Notes under the pieces: generated by a model
Told to the model about the DNA's origin: nothing
Seen by the model: only the letters and a program-made list of their open reading frames with translations
Database searches by the model: none
Assembly (NCBI RefSeq): GCF_032444005.1
Contig: NC_091289.1
Coordinates: 7,192,001 to 7,256,000, forward strand
Length of the DNA stretch: 64,000 nt
Direction of reading: 5' to 3'
Source of the DNA: Ranitomeya imitator
Lineage: Eukaryota
Translations under genes and position numbers: made by a program
Part shown: piece after piece, positions 50,291 to 62,352 of the stretch
Numbering within the stretch: the stretch's first letter is position 1
How the letters are laid out: each line of letters begins with the position of its first letter

Positions 50291-51199
50291 CTAGATGGTG
50301 GCCCGATTCTAACGCATTGGGTATTCTAGAATATGTATGTAGTTTGTTTATGAAGATTTTCGAACAATACATTGAATACACAGGATTCGGCCGGCCGCGA
50401 CCAATTAGTGAAGTGCGGTTCAAATCCCGCAGCAATTCGCGGCCGGACTGCGCCCGTCGCTGATTGTTCGCGGCCGGACACGTAGTATATAGCACAGCCA
50501 CGTAGTATATAACAGCCCACGTAGTATATAGCAATGTGGCCATCATATCCCTGTTTAAAAAAAGAATTAAAATAAAAAATTGTTATATACTCACCTTCCG
50601 ACGGCCCCCGGATCCAGCCCAGGCGTTTACCGATGCTCTTCACGACGCTCCAGTCCCAAGAGTGCATTGCGGTCTCGCGAGATGATGACATAGCGGTCTC
50701 ACGAGACCGCACGTCATCATCTCATGAGATCGCAATGCATGGAGCGGTCACCAGGGCGTCCCGAGGAGCGGGAAAGGCCTGTTCTAGATCCGAGGGGCCG
50801 ACGGATGGTGAGTATATAACTATTTTTTATTTTTTTTATTATTTTTAACATTAGATCTTGATGCATACACAGCATCAATAGTAAAACGTTGGTCACACAG
50901 GGTTAATAGCAGCATTAACGGACTGCGTTACACTGCGGCATAACGTGGTGTAACGCAGCCATTAACCCTGTGTGAGTGCTGACTGGAGGGGATTATGGCG
51001 CGGGCACTGACTGCAGGGGAGTAGGGAGCGGGCACTGACTGCAGGGGAGTAGGGAGCGGGCACTGACTGCAGGGGAGTAGGGAGGGACTAATTCTCGGCC
51101 GGACTGTGCTCGTCGCGGCCTGGCGGCCGCGACCAATCAGCGACGCGGGATTTCCAAGACAGACAGACGGACGTGACCCTTAGACAATTATATAGTAGA
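50291..51199 (-). mobile_element. Non-autonomous Helitron, 909 bp
   Basis: The minus strand begins A|TCTACTATA and ends with the hairpin CCCAATGCGTTAGAATCGGG, then CCACCAT-CTAG|T. Inserted in AT without a TSD; internal 28-bp x3 repeat at about 51000-51085. Confidence 0.85.
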
Positions 51200-51444
51200 T
51201 TTACTTGCTGTGATTTCATAAACATCACAGTTTCATTGTAATCTTGGGAAGGAAAAAAAAACAATTTGCCTGTGACACGTGCGGACCCCCAGGCAGATGC
51301 GGACCCCCTGGCACTGGGTCTGCAGATTTACACAATCAGCATTTCAGATTGGTGCTGAACCAAACATTTTGTGGTGAATCAAATATAAATTCATGGCGAT
51401 TCCTCTCCGTCATGTTGTAAATAAATAGAGACAGAAGGAAGGTG

Positions 51445-52650
51445 ACGGGGGAACATGGAGGAGAACACGGAGGGCAACATGGAGGAGAACACGGAGGGCA
51501 ACATGAAGGAGGAGAACATGGAGGGAAACACGTAGGGGAACACGGAGGGGAACATGGAGGAGAACACGGAGGGCAACATGAAGGAGGAGAACATGGAGGG
51601 AAACACGTAGGGGAACACGGAGGGGAACATGGAGGAGAACACGGAGGGCAACATGAAGGAGGAGAACATGGAGGGGAACATGGAGGAGAACACGGAGGGC
51701 AACATGAAGGAGAACATGGAGGGAAACACGTAGGGAAACACGGAGGGGAACATGGAGGAGAACACGGAGGGCAACATGGAGGAGGAGAACATGGAGGGAA
51801 ACACGGAGGGGAACACAGAGGGGAACATGGAGGAGAATATGGAGGGGAACATGGAGGGGAACATGGAGGGAAACACGTAGGGGAACATGGAGGAGAACAC
51901 GGAGGGCAACATGGAGGAGGAGAACATGGAGGGAAATACAGAGGGGAACATGGAGGGAAACACGTAGGGAAACATGGAGGGGAACACGGAGGGGAACATG
52001 GAGGAGGACACGGAGGGCAACATGGAGGGGGAACATGGAGGAGGACACAAAAGGGAACACGGAGGGGAACATGGAGGGGAACATGTAAGGAGGAACATGG
52101 AGGAGAACACGGAGGGCAACATAGAGGGAGGACATGGAGAGGAACATGGAGGGGGGAACATGTAGGAGGGGAATATGGAGGGGGAACATGGAGGAGGGGA
52201 ATATGGAGGGGGAACATGGAGGAGGGGAATATGGAGGGGAACATGTAGGGGGGAACACGGAGGGCAACATAGAGGGGGGACATGGAGAGGAACATGGAGG
52301 GGGGAACATGTAGGAGGGGAACATGGAGGGGGAACATGGAGGAGGGGAATATGGAGGGGGGAACACGGAGGGCAACATAGAGGGGGGGACATGGAGAGGA
52401 ACATGGAGGAGGGAACATGGAGGGGGGAACATGTAGGAGGGGAACACGGAGGGGAACAAGGATGTGGGAACATGGAGGGGAACATAGAGGGGGGACATTG
52501 GGGGAACACAGAGGGAAACATGGAGGAGGGGAAAACTAGGAGGAATATGGAAGGGGGGACATGGATGGGAACACTGGGGGGAATATGGAGTGGAATATGG
52601 AGGGGAACATGGATGGAAACACGGAGGGGAACACTAGGGGGAATATGGAG
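51445..52650. repeat. Purine-rich minisatellite, about 12-bp unit (ggagggRaacaY / ggaggagaacaY)
   Basis: Direct reading. Confidence 0.92.
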
Positions 52651-52821
52651 GGGATCATAGAGGGTATCTGGTGCCGTATAAAAAACGGATGACAGTAAAT
52701 GTAACATCTCCCTGTTTGTGACACTTCCACATCTGCATCACGTGTGAGAATCACAGGGAATGTGAGAGCAGCGACAGCTTAATGCCTAATGTAAAGACTT
52801 GTTATTTCTATTAATATGTCA

Positions 52822-53748
52822 GTGCAGGATGCAAGTGAGGAGCAGAGCGCAGGTATAGGACACCAGTGAGGAGCAGAGCACGGAATACAAGTGAGGAGCA
52901 GAGCTCAGGATACAAGCGAGGAGCAGAGCGCAGGATGGAAGCGAAGACCAGAGCACAGGATGCAAGTGAAGAGCAGAGCGCAGGATGCAAGTGAAGAGCA
53001 GAGCGCAGGATGGAAGTGAAGAGCAGAGCGCAGGACGGAAGTGAAGAGCAGAGCGTAGGACGGAAGCGAAGAGCAGAGCGCAGGATGGAAGTGAAGAGCA
53101 GAGCGCAGGATGGAAGTGAAGAGCAGAGCGCAGGATGGATGAGAAGAGCAGAGCGCAGGATGGAAGCGAAGAGCAAAGCGCAGGATGGAAGCGAAGAGCA
53201 GAGCGCAGGACGGAAGCGAAGAGCAGAGCGCAGGATGGAAGTGAAGAGCAAAGCGCAGGACGGAAGTGAAGAGCAGGACGGAAGCGAAGAGCAGAGCGCA
53301 GGATGGAAGTGAAGAGCAGAGCGCAGGATGGAAGAGAAGAGCAGAGTGCAGGATGGAAGCGAAGAGCAAAACGCAGGATGGAAGCGAAGAGCAGAGCGCA
53401 GGACGGAAGCGAAGAGCAGAGCGCAGGATGGATGAGAAGAGCAGAGCGCAGGATGGAAGTGAAGAGCAAAGCGCAGGACGGAAGTGAAGAGCAGGACGGA
53501 AGCGAAGAGCAGAGCGCAGGATGGAAGTGAAGAGCAGAGCGCAGGATGGAAGAGAAGAGCAGAGCGCAGGATGGAAGCAAAGGGCAGAGCGCAGGATGTA
53601 AGTGAAGAGCAGAGCGCAGGACGGAAGCGAAGAGCAGAGTGCAGGATGGAAGTGAAGAGCAAAGCGCAGGATGGAAGCGAAGACCAGAGAACAGGATGGA
53701 AGTGAAGAGCAGAGCGCAGGATGGAAGCGAAGAGCAGAGAGCAGAATT
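52822..53748. repeat. 25-bp purine-rich minisatellite, about 37 copies
   Basis: Unit ggatggaagtgaagagcagagcgca. Confidence 0.95.
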
Positions 53749-53757
53749 CAAGCGACG

Positions 53758-54487
53758 GAAGTTCTGTACGACCATTACACAACACTAATACTGGGGGAAG
53801 CTGTGTACGACCATTACACGACACTAATACTGGGGGAAGCTCTGTACGACCATTACACGACACTAATACTGGGGGAAGCTGTGTACGACCATTACACGAC
53901 ACTAATACTGGGGGAAGCTCTATACGACCATTACACGACACTTATACTGGGGGAAGCTCTGTACGACCATTACACGACACTAATACTGGGGGAAGCTCTG
54001 TACGACCATTACACGACACTAATACTGGGGGAAGCTCTGTACGACCATTACACAATACTAATACTGGGGGAAGCTCTGTACGACCATTACACGACACTAA
54101 TACTGGGGGAAGCTCTGTACGACCATTACACGACACTAATACTGGGGGAAGCTCTGTACGACCATTACACAACACTAATACTGGGGGAAGCTCTGTACGA
54201 CCATTACACGACACTAATACTGGGGGAAGCTCTGTACGACCATTACACAACACTAATAGTGGGGGAAGCTCTGTACGACCATTACACAACACTAATACTG
54301 GGGGACGCTCTGTACGACCATTACACGACACTAATACTGGGGGAAGCTCTGTACGACCATTACACGACACTAATACTGGGGGACGCTCTGTACGACCATT
54401 ACACGACACTGATACTGGGGGAAGCTCTGTACGACCATTACACAACACTAATACTGGGGGACGCTCTGTACGACCATTACACGACAG
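53758..54487. repeat. 39-bp minisatellite, about 19 copies
   Basis: Unit gaagctctgtacgaccattacacgacactaatactgggg; 13-aa periodicity. Confidence 0.96.
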
Positions 54488-54712
54488 TAAAGGTGACGTG
54501 GTTGCTTTGCATTCATCGCAGCGGACGTTGGTTATTGACCACGTGGTTTTTACACTTTTTTTTACCTATTTCACCTGTAATAACTCCACAACTAGTAAGC
54601 GCATTGCAAAACTGGGGGAATTTATGTGCTGTTTTTATATGTGACGCTTCTATGGTTAATGCAATTAGTGGTAAAACCTCTGCCTTTTTTGTATTTGATG
54701 CTTGATATCTAA

Positions 54713-54938
54713 GACCACGTGCCCACATTGCGGATTTTTCCGGACTAATTTTGGTAAATCTGCAGGTAAACTGCTACGGAATCCGCACAAAGAGTTGACA
54801 TGCTGCGGAATAAACAACGCTGCGTTTCCGCACTTTTTTCCCCGCTGCATGTGCACTGCGGATTTTGTTTTCCATAGGTTTAAATGGTACTGTAAACTCA
54901 TGGAAAACTGCTGCGAATCCGCACGTGTGCACATAGCC
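54713..54938. mobile_element. Degraded Harbinger-type MITE, related to 61953-62352
   Basis: Right end cgtgtgcacatagcc intact; left end only partly matching; flanks taa / tta. Confidence 0.5.
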
Positions 54939-55185
54939 TTAATGACTCGTGTGTATATACCCTGAGAGCTCAGTAGAGGTCACCCAGATTTTTTGTATGA
55001 AATACCTGCCTGCTCCTATCAGGGCAGCTGATCACCTGCTCAGGGGTGTGGTGGTTGTCAGGCCTCCAGAGTGGAGCATTATAGTGAGGTCCCCACCCAG
55101 CCCCCCATCATGTCCATTCTGACTGCTTGAGAAACTATGTGCACCCCCTGTGCTGAGCCCAGAAGTTTTCTCTAAACTTCATCCA

Positions 55186-55394
55186 TGACGTCACCAGGCA
55201 GCAGCCAATCAGCGCTGGAGGAAAGTTGTCCCATCCTTCAAGTAACGGATCTGCCGCAGAGCATGCCGGGACGTGTAGTCAGCAGCGGAGGATGCAGGAC
55301 TACAATCCCCGCAGCCCATATAAAGAGACGGCGCTGGGAGGCGGAGGACAGAGCCGGGGAGCGGAGCGCGGATGGAGCCGGAGCGGCTGCAGGT
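55186..55394 (+). promoter_or_regulatory. Pol II promoter and probable non-coding first exon, putatively ITPR1
   Basis: CRE TGACGTCA at 55186-93, CCAAT at 55205-09, TATAAAG at 55319-25, GC-rich leader, donor CAG|GTACCG at 55393. Gene identity rests only on the SETMAR-SUMF1-ITPR1 order known in mammals; I found no ITPR1 coding exon in the window. Confidence 0.45.
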
Positions 55395-56686
55395 ACCGGC
55401 GCCCCTGTGCATCGCATCCCCCGCAGAGCGCAGCCCCCCGGTGTGTGCGGTGTCTGCGCTCCTCCGCCGCTACATTGTATCATTCCTGCGGCTTCTCTGC
55501 CTCCCCGAGCTCCTCCACTACAGCAGATTGGGATGCTGTAACCTAGGACATGGCTGGGGGGCTGACTGCTGGGGGGCTGACTGCTGGGGGTCCTGTGAAG
55601 TTGTGGCTGCAGTCCTGTGAAGGGTTAACGTCTGCGGGCAGGTAGCAGGGGCTCCGGTGGGCCCTGTGTCTGCACGGTCTGGGGGTCTCGGCTCCTTTCT
55701 CAGGTGTTTTCTCTTCTCCCGGTTTCAGACTTTTTGTTTATTCTTCAGAGATTTGTTTATTTTAGTGACATTAATGTTTCCCGAGGATCCGTCCGCTGTA
55801 GAATCCCCTCTGCTGATCGGGTTTCCCAGAACCTTCAGGTTCTAATCCACCATAGAGATCCAGGGCCTGACACTGTATAACACAGGCCGTCTGCTGCGGG
55901 GACTACAACTCCCAGCATTCACTGATGGCCGGGAGCTGCTGGTGTAGATCTGATGTTGGAGTGTGTAATACTGGGACTACAAGTGTCAGCATGCACTGAC
56001 AACCTGGATTCTTACCTGGTATGCTGCATTAAGGTCTAAGACGTCCGCACTATCAGCATGTACAGGATCCCCCCCCATATCCAGCATTGTAAGGGGTCTC
56101 CACAGGAGATGCCCAGGTTATACCGGCTGTACGTATATAATCATATACAGGAGATGCCCAGGTTATACCGGCTGTATGTATATAATTATATACAGGAGAT
56201 GCCCAGGTTATACCGGCTGTACGTATATAATTATATACAGGAGATGCCCAGGTTATACCGGCTGTACGTATATAATTATATACAGGAGATGCCCAGGTTA
56301 TACCGGCTGTATGTATATAATTATATACAGGAGATGCCCAGGTTATACCGGCTGTACATGTATAATTATATACAGGAGATGCCCAGGTTATACCGGCTGT
56401 ACGTATATAATTATATACAGGAGATGCCCAGGTTATACCGGCTGTATGTATATAATTATATACAGGAGATGCCCAGGTTATACCGGCTGTACATATATAA
56501 TTATATACAGGAGATGCCCAGGTTATACCGGCTGTATGTATATAATCATATACAGGAGATGCCCAGGTTATACCGGCTGTATGTATATAATCATATACAG
56601 GAGATGCCCAGGTTATACCGGCTGTACGTATATAATCATATACAGGAGATGCCCAGGTTATACCGGCTGTACATATATAATTATAT

Positions 56687-57483
56687 CCAAAACCAAAAAC
56701 GAAAACAGAAGCAGCAATCAGTCCAAAATAATGCAAAAATTACAACAAACTTTATTGATCATAAGGACAGGTAAAAAATAACGGAGAGATAAAACAATCC
56801 CCGTACTACACGTAGCATGCACACATACTATGGGCAGGTGATAGGTGCCAGTAATATTGTACAAACTACCCTGTGGATACAGTACACTAAACGTTATAAG
56901 CTATGCACAAGTCACCGCATATGATTACATGTATAGCGACCCCTATAGGGTACCCCTTGAGAAAGTCAGTAGCCGAAACGCGCGTCGGGGGGGTCAGGTG
57001 TGCGGTGCCTTTGGACACGTGTTATCTGTGTACTCTGCCCGGTATGTATACATGATACTATGCATTGTCGCCATTTCCTGTACCTTATGGGTCGCTATAC
57101 ATGTAATCATATGCGGTGACTTGTGCATAGCTTATAACGTTTAGTGTACTGTATCCACAGGGTAGTTTGTACAATATTACTGGCACCTATCACCTGCCCA
57201 TAGTATGTGTGCATGCTACGTGTAGTACGGGGATTGTTTCATCTCTCCGTTATTTTTTACCTGTCCTTATGATCAATAAAGTTTGTTGTAATTTTTGCAT
57301 TATTTTGGACTGATTGCTGCTTCTGTTTTCGTTTTTGGTTTTGGTTATTAATATGGAGTGTGTCCACTATGGTCCGATTTAGGGTCCCACTATAATATAT
57401 TATATTATATTATATATAGATATACCCTATATGGGTTTTTGAAATAATGTTGGTGACCTTTCGCTTATCCACTTTGTATATTT
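56687..57483 (+). mobile_element. Penelope-like element remnant: inverted pLTR configuration, 797 bp
   Basis: 256-bp inverted arms (56687-56942 / 57089-57344), hammerhead core in the spacer, AATAAA in the right arm, 14-bp TSD atatataattatat at 56673-86 and 57484-97. Confidence 0.75.
56953..56990 (+). ncRNA. Minimal type I hammerhead ribozyme motif
   Basis: CCCC-UUGAGAA-A-GUCAGUAGCC-GAAA-CGCGCG-UC-GGGG: stem I CCCC/GGGG, U3-A8 variant core, short stem II, GAAA, palindromic stem III, GUC cleavage triplet. Confidence 0.7.
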
Positions 57484-58484
57484 ATATATAATTATATACA
57501 GGAGATGCCCAGGTTATACCAGCTGTACATATATAATTACATACAGGAGATGCCCAGGTTATACCAGCTGTACGTATATAATTATATACAGGAGATGCCC
57601 AGGTTATACCAGCTGTACATATATAATTATATACAGGAGATGCCCAGGTTATACCGGCTGTACGTATATAATTATATACAGGAGATGCCCAGGTTATACC
57701 GGCTGTACGTATATAATTATATACAGGAGATGCCCAGGTTATACCGGCTGTACGTATATAATTATATACAGGAGATGCCCAGGTTATACCGGCTGTACGT
57801 ATATAATCATATACAGGAGATGCCCAGGTTATACCGGCTGTACGTATATAATCATATACAGGAGACGCCCAGGTTATACCGGCTGTACGTATATAATCAT
57901 ATACAGGAGATGCCCAGGTTATACCGGCTGTACATATATTATTACATACAGGAGATGCCCATGTTATACCGGCTGTACATGTATAATTATATACAGGAGA
58001 TGCCCAGGTTATACCGGCTGTACATATATAATTATATACAGGGGATGCCCAGGTTATACCGGCTGTACATATATAATTATATACAGGAGATGCCCAGGTT
58101 ATACCGGCTGTACATATATAATTATATACAGGAGATGCCCAGGTTATACAAGCTGTACATATATAATTATATACAGAGGATGCCCAGGTTATACCGGCTG
58201 TACATATATAATTATATACAGGAGATGCCCAGATTATACTGGCTGTACACATATAATTATATACAGGAGATACCCAGGTTATACCAGCTTGCTTTACATG
58301 AATGGTGCAAGTGAACGTGATCAGTTTCAGATGGTGTTAGAGAATTGTACTTTCTGACAGTTTTCAATGACCAAGGTCCTGTGTGTATTTTTTCTTTTTT
58401 TTTTCTTTTTGGCCATAATGTGGGGAAGGAAAAGGTTAATAAATTTTCCAGCATAGCCCGAAGATCTGAAATTTATCTCTGATG

Positions 58485-59772
58485 CCGCAGTGAGTGCAGC
58501 TCTGCAATATAATACAAGATGTAACACAGGATCAGTAATGTAATGTATGTACACAGTGACTGCACCAGCAGAATAGTGAGTGCAGCTCTGGAGTATAATA
58601 CAGGATGTAACTCAGGATCAGTAATGTAATGTATGTACACAGTGATCGCACCAGCAGAATAGTGAGTGCAGCTCTGGGGTATAATACAGGATGTAACTCA
58701 GGATCAGTAATGTATGTACACAGTGATCGCACCAGCAGAATAGTGAGTGCAGCTCTGGGGTATAATACAGGAGGTAACTCAGGATCAGTAATGTAATGTA
58801 TGTACACAGTGACTGCACCAGCAGAATAGTGAGTGCAGCTCTGGGGTATAATACAGGATGTAACTCAGGATCAGTAATGTAATGTATGTACACAGTGACT
58901 GCACCAGCAGAATAGTGAGTGCAGCTCTGGGGTATAATACAGGATGTAACTCAGGATCAGTAATGTAATGTATGTACACAGTGACTGCACCAGCAGAATA
59001 GTGAGTGCAGCTCTGGGGTATAATACAGGATGTAACTCAGGATCAGTAATGTAATGTATGTACACAGTGACTGCACCAGCAGAATAGTGAGTGCAGCTCT
59101 GGGGTATAATACAGGATGTAACTCAGGATCAGTAATGTAATGTATGTACACAGTGACTGCACCAGCAGAATAGTGAGTGCAGCTCTGGGGTATAATACAG
59201 GATGTAACTCAGGATCAGTAATGTAATGTATGTACACAGTGACTGCACCAGCAGAATAGTGAGTGCAGCTCTGGGGTATAATACAGGATGTAACTCAGGA
59301 TCAGTAATGTAATGTATGTACACAGTGACTGCACCAGCAGAATAGCGAGTGCATCTCTGGAGTATAATACAGGATGTAACTCAGGATCAGTAATGTAAGG
59401 CTAGGTTCCCATTGCGTTAATGGGAACGCGCTAACGGACAGCGTTGCACGGCGAAATTAACGCCGTGCAACGCGTCCGTTAGCGCGCCCATTCACGGCAA
59501 TGGGAACGCGCAGCACTAGCGCGTGCCATGTTTGGCACGCGCTAGCGACGCGCCGGTGTTTTGTGGCACGCCGCGGACGCGCCCGCGGTCCGTTTCCCGC
59601 TCTCGCAGATTGGGGATCTGCGAGAGCGGGGACGTTACCGCGGCCCCGGTAAAAACATTGCGTTAGCGCAATCTGCTAGTGCTAAACGGATTGCACTAAC
59701 TCAATGTGACCCTATGTATGTATGTATGTATACAGTGACTGCACCAGCAGAATAGTGAGTGCAGCTCTGGGG
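58485..59772. repeat. 86-bp minisatellite, about 11 copies, last unit interrupted by a MITE
   Basis: Identical 64-aa ORFs at exact 86-bp offsets; unit gtgagtgcagctctggggtataatacaggatgtaactcaggatcagtaatgtaatgtatgtacacagtgactgcaccagcagaata. Confidence 0.96.
59399..59714. mobile_element. Harbinger-type MITE with an eroded right end
   Basis: Begins after TAA with ggctaggttcccattgcgtta; right end taactcaatgtgacccta is an imperfect match; the 86-bp unit resumes afterwards. Confidence 0.7.
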
Positions 59773-61952
59773 TACTATATAGTAGTAGGTTATTGATCGT
59801 TGCTGAACTTGCTACAGAGTCTCCTTTGCTTGGGACTTTGTAAACGAGTGTTCTATGGATATCTGCAGGACTACAAGGCTCAACATGCTGTTGCTTGGAC
59901 TTGTTTGTTCTTGTGGTACTCCTGACTGTTTCCCAGTGCCGGTCTCCGCCGCCTGCCTCCTTTCTCCACCGCCTGCCTCCTTTCTCCGCACTCCTCCTGA
60001 TTTTTCTATTTATAGGCTCACAAGACATTATTGTAACCACGTTGAGTATATTTTCTCTCAATCACCTTCCTCCTCTGCGTTCTGCACCATCTGGAAGCTG
60101 CACACACCACTGGTTCGGATAATGCTGCTCTGTGGAGGTGAAGAGTAACCTTTGCTCGTGCTGGGGGCGCTCCTTTGGCTTTGTTGGAGGTGTTCTCTGT
60201 CCAGCGACTCCTCGGGTCTATAGAAACTGATTTTTCGTTCTCTTAAAGTTGTGAGTGGGTTATAACAGTGCTGGAGCGTTATAAGAGGCGCTGGAGAAAT
60301 GTGACCTAGTGCAGATTATGGGGCCCTGAGGTTTACACCTCCTGTCACCTACCTTCTTTATAGATTACTGCAGGCAGGGGAGCAGCTACAATAAGTGCAG
60401 GGGTTGCTATCGCATCTGGAGCCTAAGGGGGCCAGAAGGTGTCTCTGGCCTGTATGAAAAGACCACTACTATTAAAGACTTGTAATAGTTGGGGGGCCCT
60501 GTTGGCCCTTTTGAAATGAGGCTGACAAATCATCCTCCATTAAAGTAGGACCTCCAGCCGTGAACAGGTATTTACAACAAGAGATCTGATGAGAAGCGGC
60601 CACCAAGTCTAGGATTGGTCTATTCAGAGGCAGAGAAGTGTAAGGGTTTCCTCAGTTCAAATGGTTGATCTCAGATACTCTAGATCCAGCGCTCAGTGAT
60701 AAATATTGAGGATGTGAATCAATGAGATACTTATGGGAGATATATTTTCGGCTTTTGTAGTGAAGGCATGAACATAACTCGTTCACTCACATCATTGTAA
60801 GGCTATTGTAATCCCTTCAACTTGATATCCTTTTGATGGATGATGCTATCCATGCCATATTTCATCTCTATAGAAAGTTAATATCGTGATGGAAATATGA
60901 TAACCATATCTACCGCCTGGGACCTCCAGGGGTGACAATGTCCTGAAAGTTTGAGCTCTCAAACTTTTAAAAGCCCTAGCACATCCCACGACCAGCCCCC
61001 ATAGAAGCTCACCAATAGGTGGTATGTGTGGATAATCTTTAATGAAAATCAGAGTGTTAGTTTCTATCATTTGTCAGTCCTGGAAGACACAGTTCTCTGG
61101 TCTTTTTGTTTCCTAACATTAGGAGTACCTCCCTCCGCTAAGCTCTGAGCCATTTCTGAGACCTCGGATTTAGTAAGCCCCTTTTTATTTTGTGGTTGTG
61201 TATACTGTATTGTTTTGTATCCTCTTTGTATATCTGTATAAACACTGCCTACCTTTCCAGATTAAATATATATAAAATGTAATAGCGCTGTTCCTCTTGT
61301 TCTGTAAACCGCACCCTGTAGCCATATGTTACCTGTAATGGGTGTCCAATCGGCCTGTATAAATGATTGGTGGTGGCAGCTTGCAGTGACTGTACCGAGA
61401 TATATGGTATATATACTATTCCATGAGTTGGAATCAGCGGTGTATATACCAGATGCTCACTGTGAGTTCCCCAATAACGGCCTAGTGGTGGAAGCGGCTT
61501 CAACCATCACTCGTCTATTGTGTAATTATCCTGACGCTTTGAGGTAGCGGAGCTTTGCCCCTGACAAATTGGTGGATGTGCGTGATCTCTGCGATGTTCT
61601 TCCTGACATCTGATGACGGGGATCAGTAGTCTGCAGCAGAGTAGAGATTTGCAGGACCCTGGTAAGGCATGAACACTGTTTTTCTTTGGCGGCCAAACCA
61701 GAGCCGTGTCCACTCACTTGACCGGCAATGGAATATCGGCGTCCTGGGTGCCTTTTGTGGTACCTGAGGCTCAGGATGACCCTGGAGGTTGTCTGTGCCC
61801 CGGTCCAGCTGCCACCTGTGCACACGGGGACGTGTGACCAGAGTCCGGCAAGTCTTTCTGCTTAACCCGTAATGTGCAGAAAAGGGCACCGACAGTCTGG
61901 CTGATTTCCTGAGTTGTCACATCTGTTTGCTGTCAATGAGGGGAAATGTTAA

Positions 61953-62111
61953 GGGTATGTGCACACGTTGCAGATTTCCTGCAGAACTGCAGCTTTTTTC
62001 CGCGCAGAAACGCTGCAGATCTGCAAGTGATTTACAGTATAATGTAAATCAATGGCAAAAAAAAATGCTGTGCTGATGGTGCGGAAAAATCCGCACAGAA
62101 AACGCAGCAGA

Positions 62112-62142
<31 letters not shown>

Positions 62143-62352
62143 TGTCACTTCTTTTGTGCAGTTCTGCTGCTTTTCTGCACCCATTCCATAATAGAAATCT
62201 GCAGGGGTAAAAAAAAGGATGAAATCTGCACACATTGCAGATTTTTGTGCGAAGACCAAAAACAGGAGCAGATTCTGACCTGCGTTTTCTGCCAAGAAAT
62301 GCAGAATCTGCACAGAAAATTCCAGTCAAATCTGCAACGTGTGCACATAGCC
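61953..62352. mobile_element. Harbinger-type MITE, 400 bp
   Basis: TIR gggtatgtgcacacgttgcagattt / aaatctgcaacgtgtgcacatagcc; TAA TSD at 61950-52 and 62353-55. Confidence 0.9.

Larger units (their letters stand above)
56100..58290. repeat. 45-bp minisatellite in two blocks (56100-56686 and 57484-58290) split by an insertion
   Basis: Unit caggagatgcccaggttataccggctgtacgtatataattatata; 15-aa periodicity. Confidence 0.96.

Noticed and set aside
51336-54705. Pro/Cys-rich, Gly/His-rich and YDHYTTLILGEAL repeat proteins
   Set aside because: They coincide exactly with three tandem arrays, with no exon signals or codon-position bias among variants.
58485-59400. CRISPR-like regular repeats (this and other arrays)
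   Set aside because: The units are contiguous with no unique spacers, there are no cas genes, and the context is eukaryotic.
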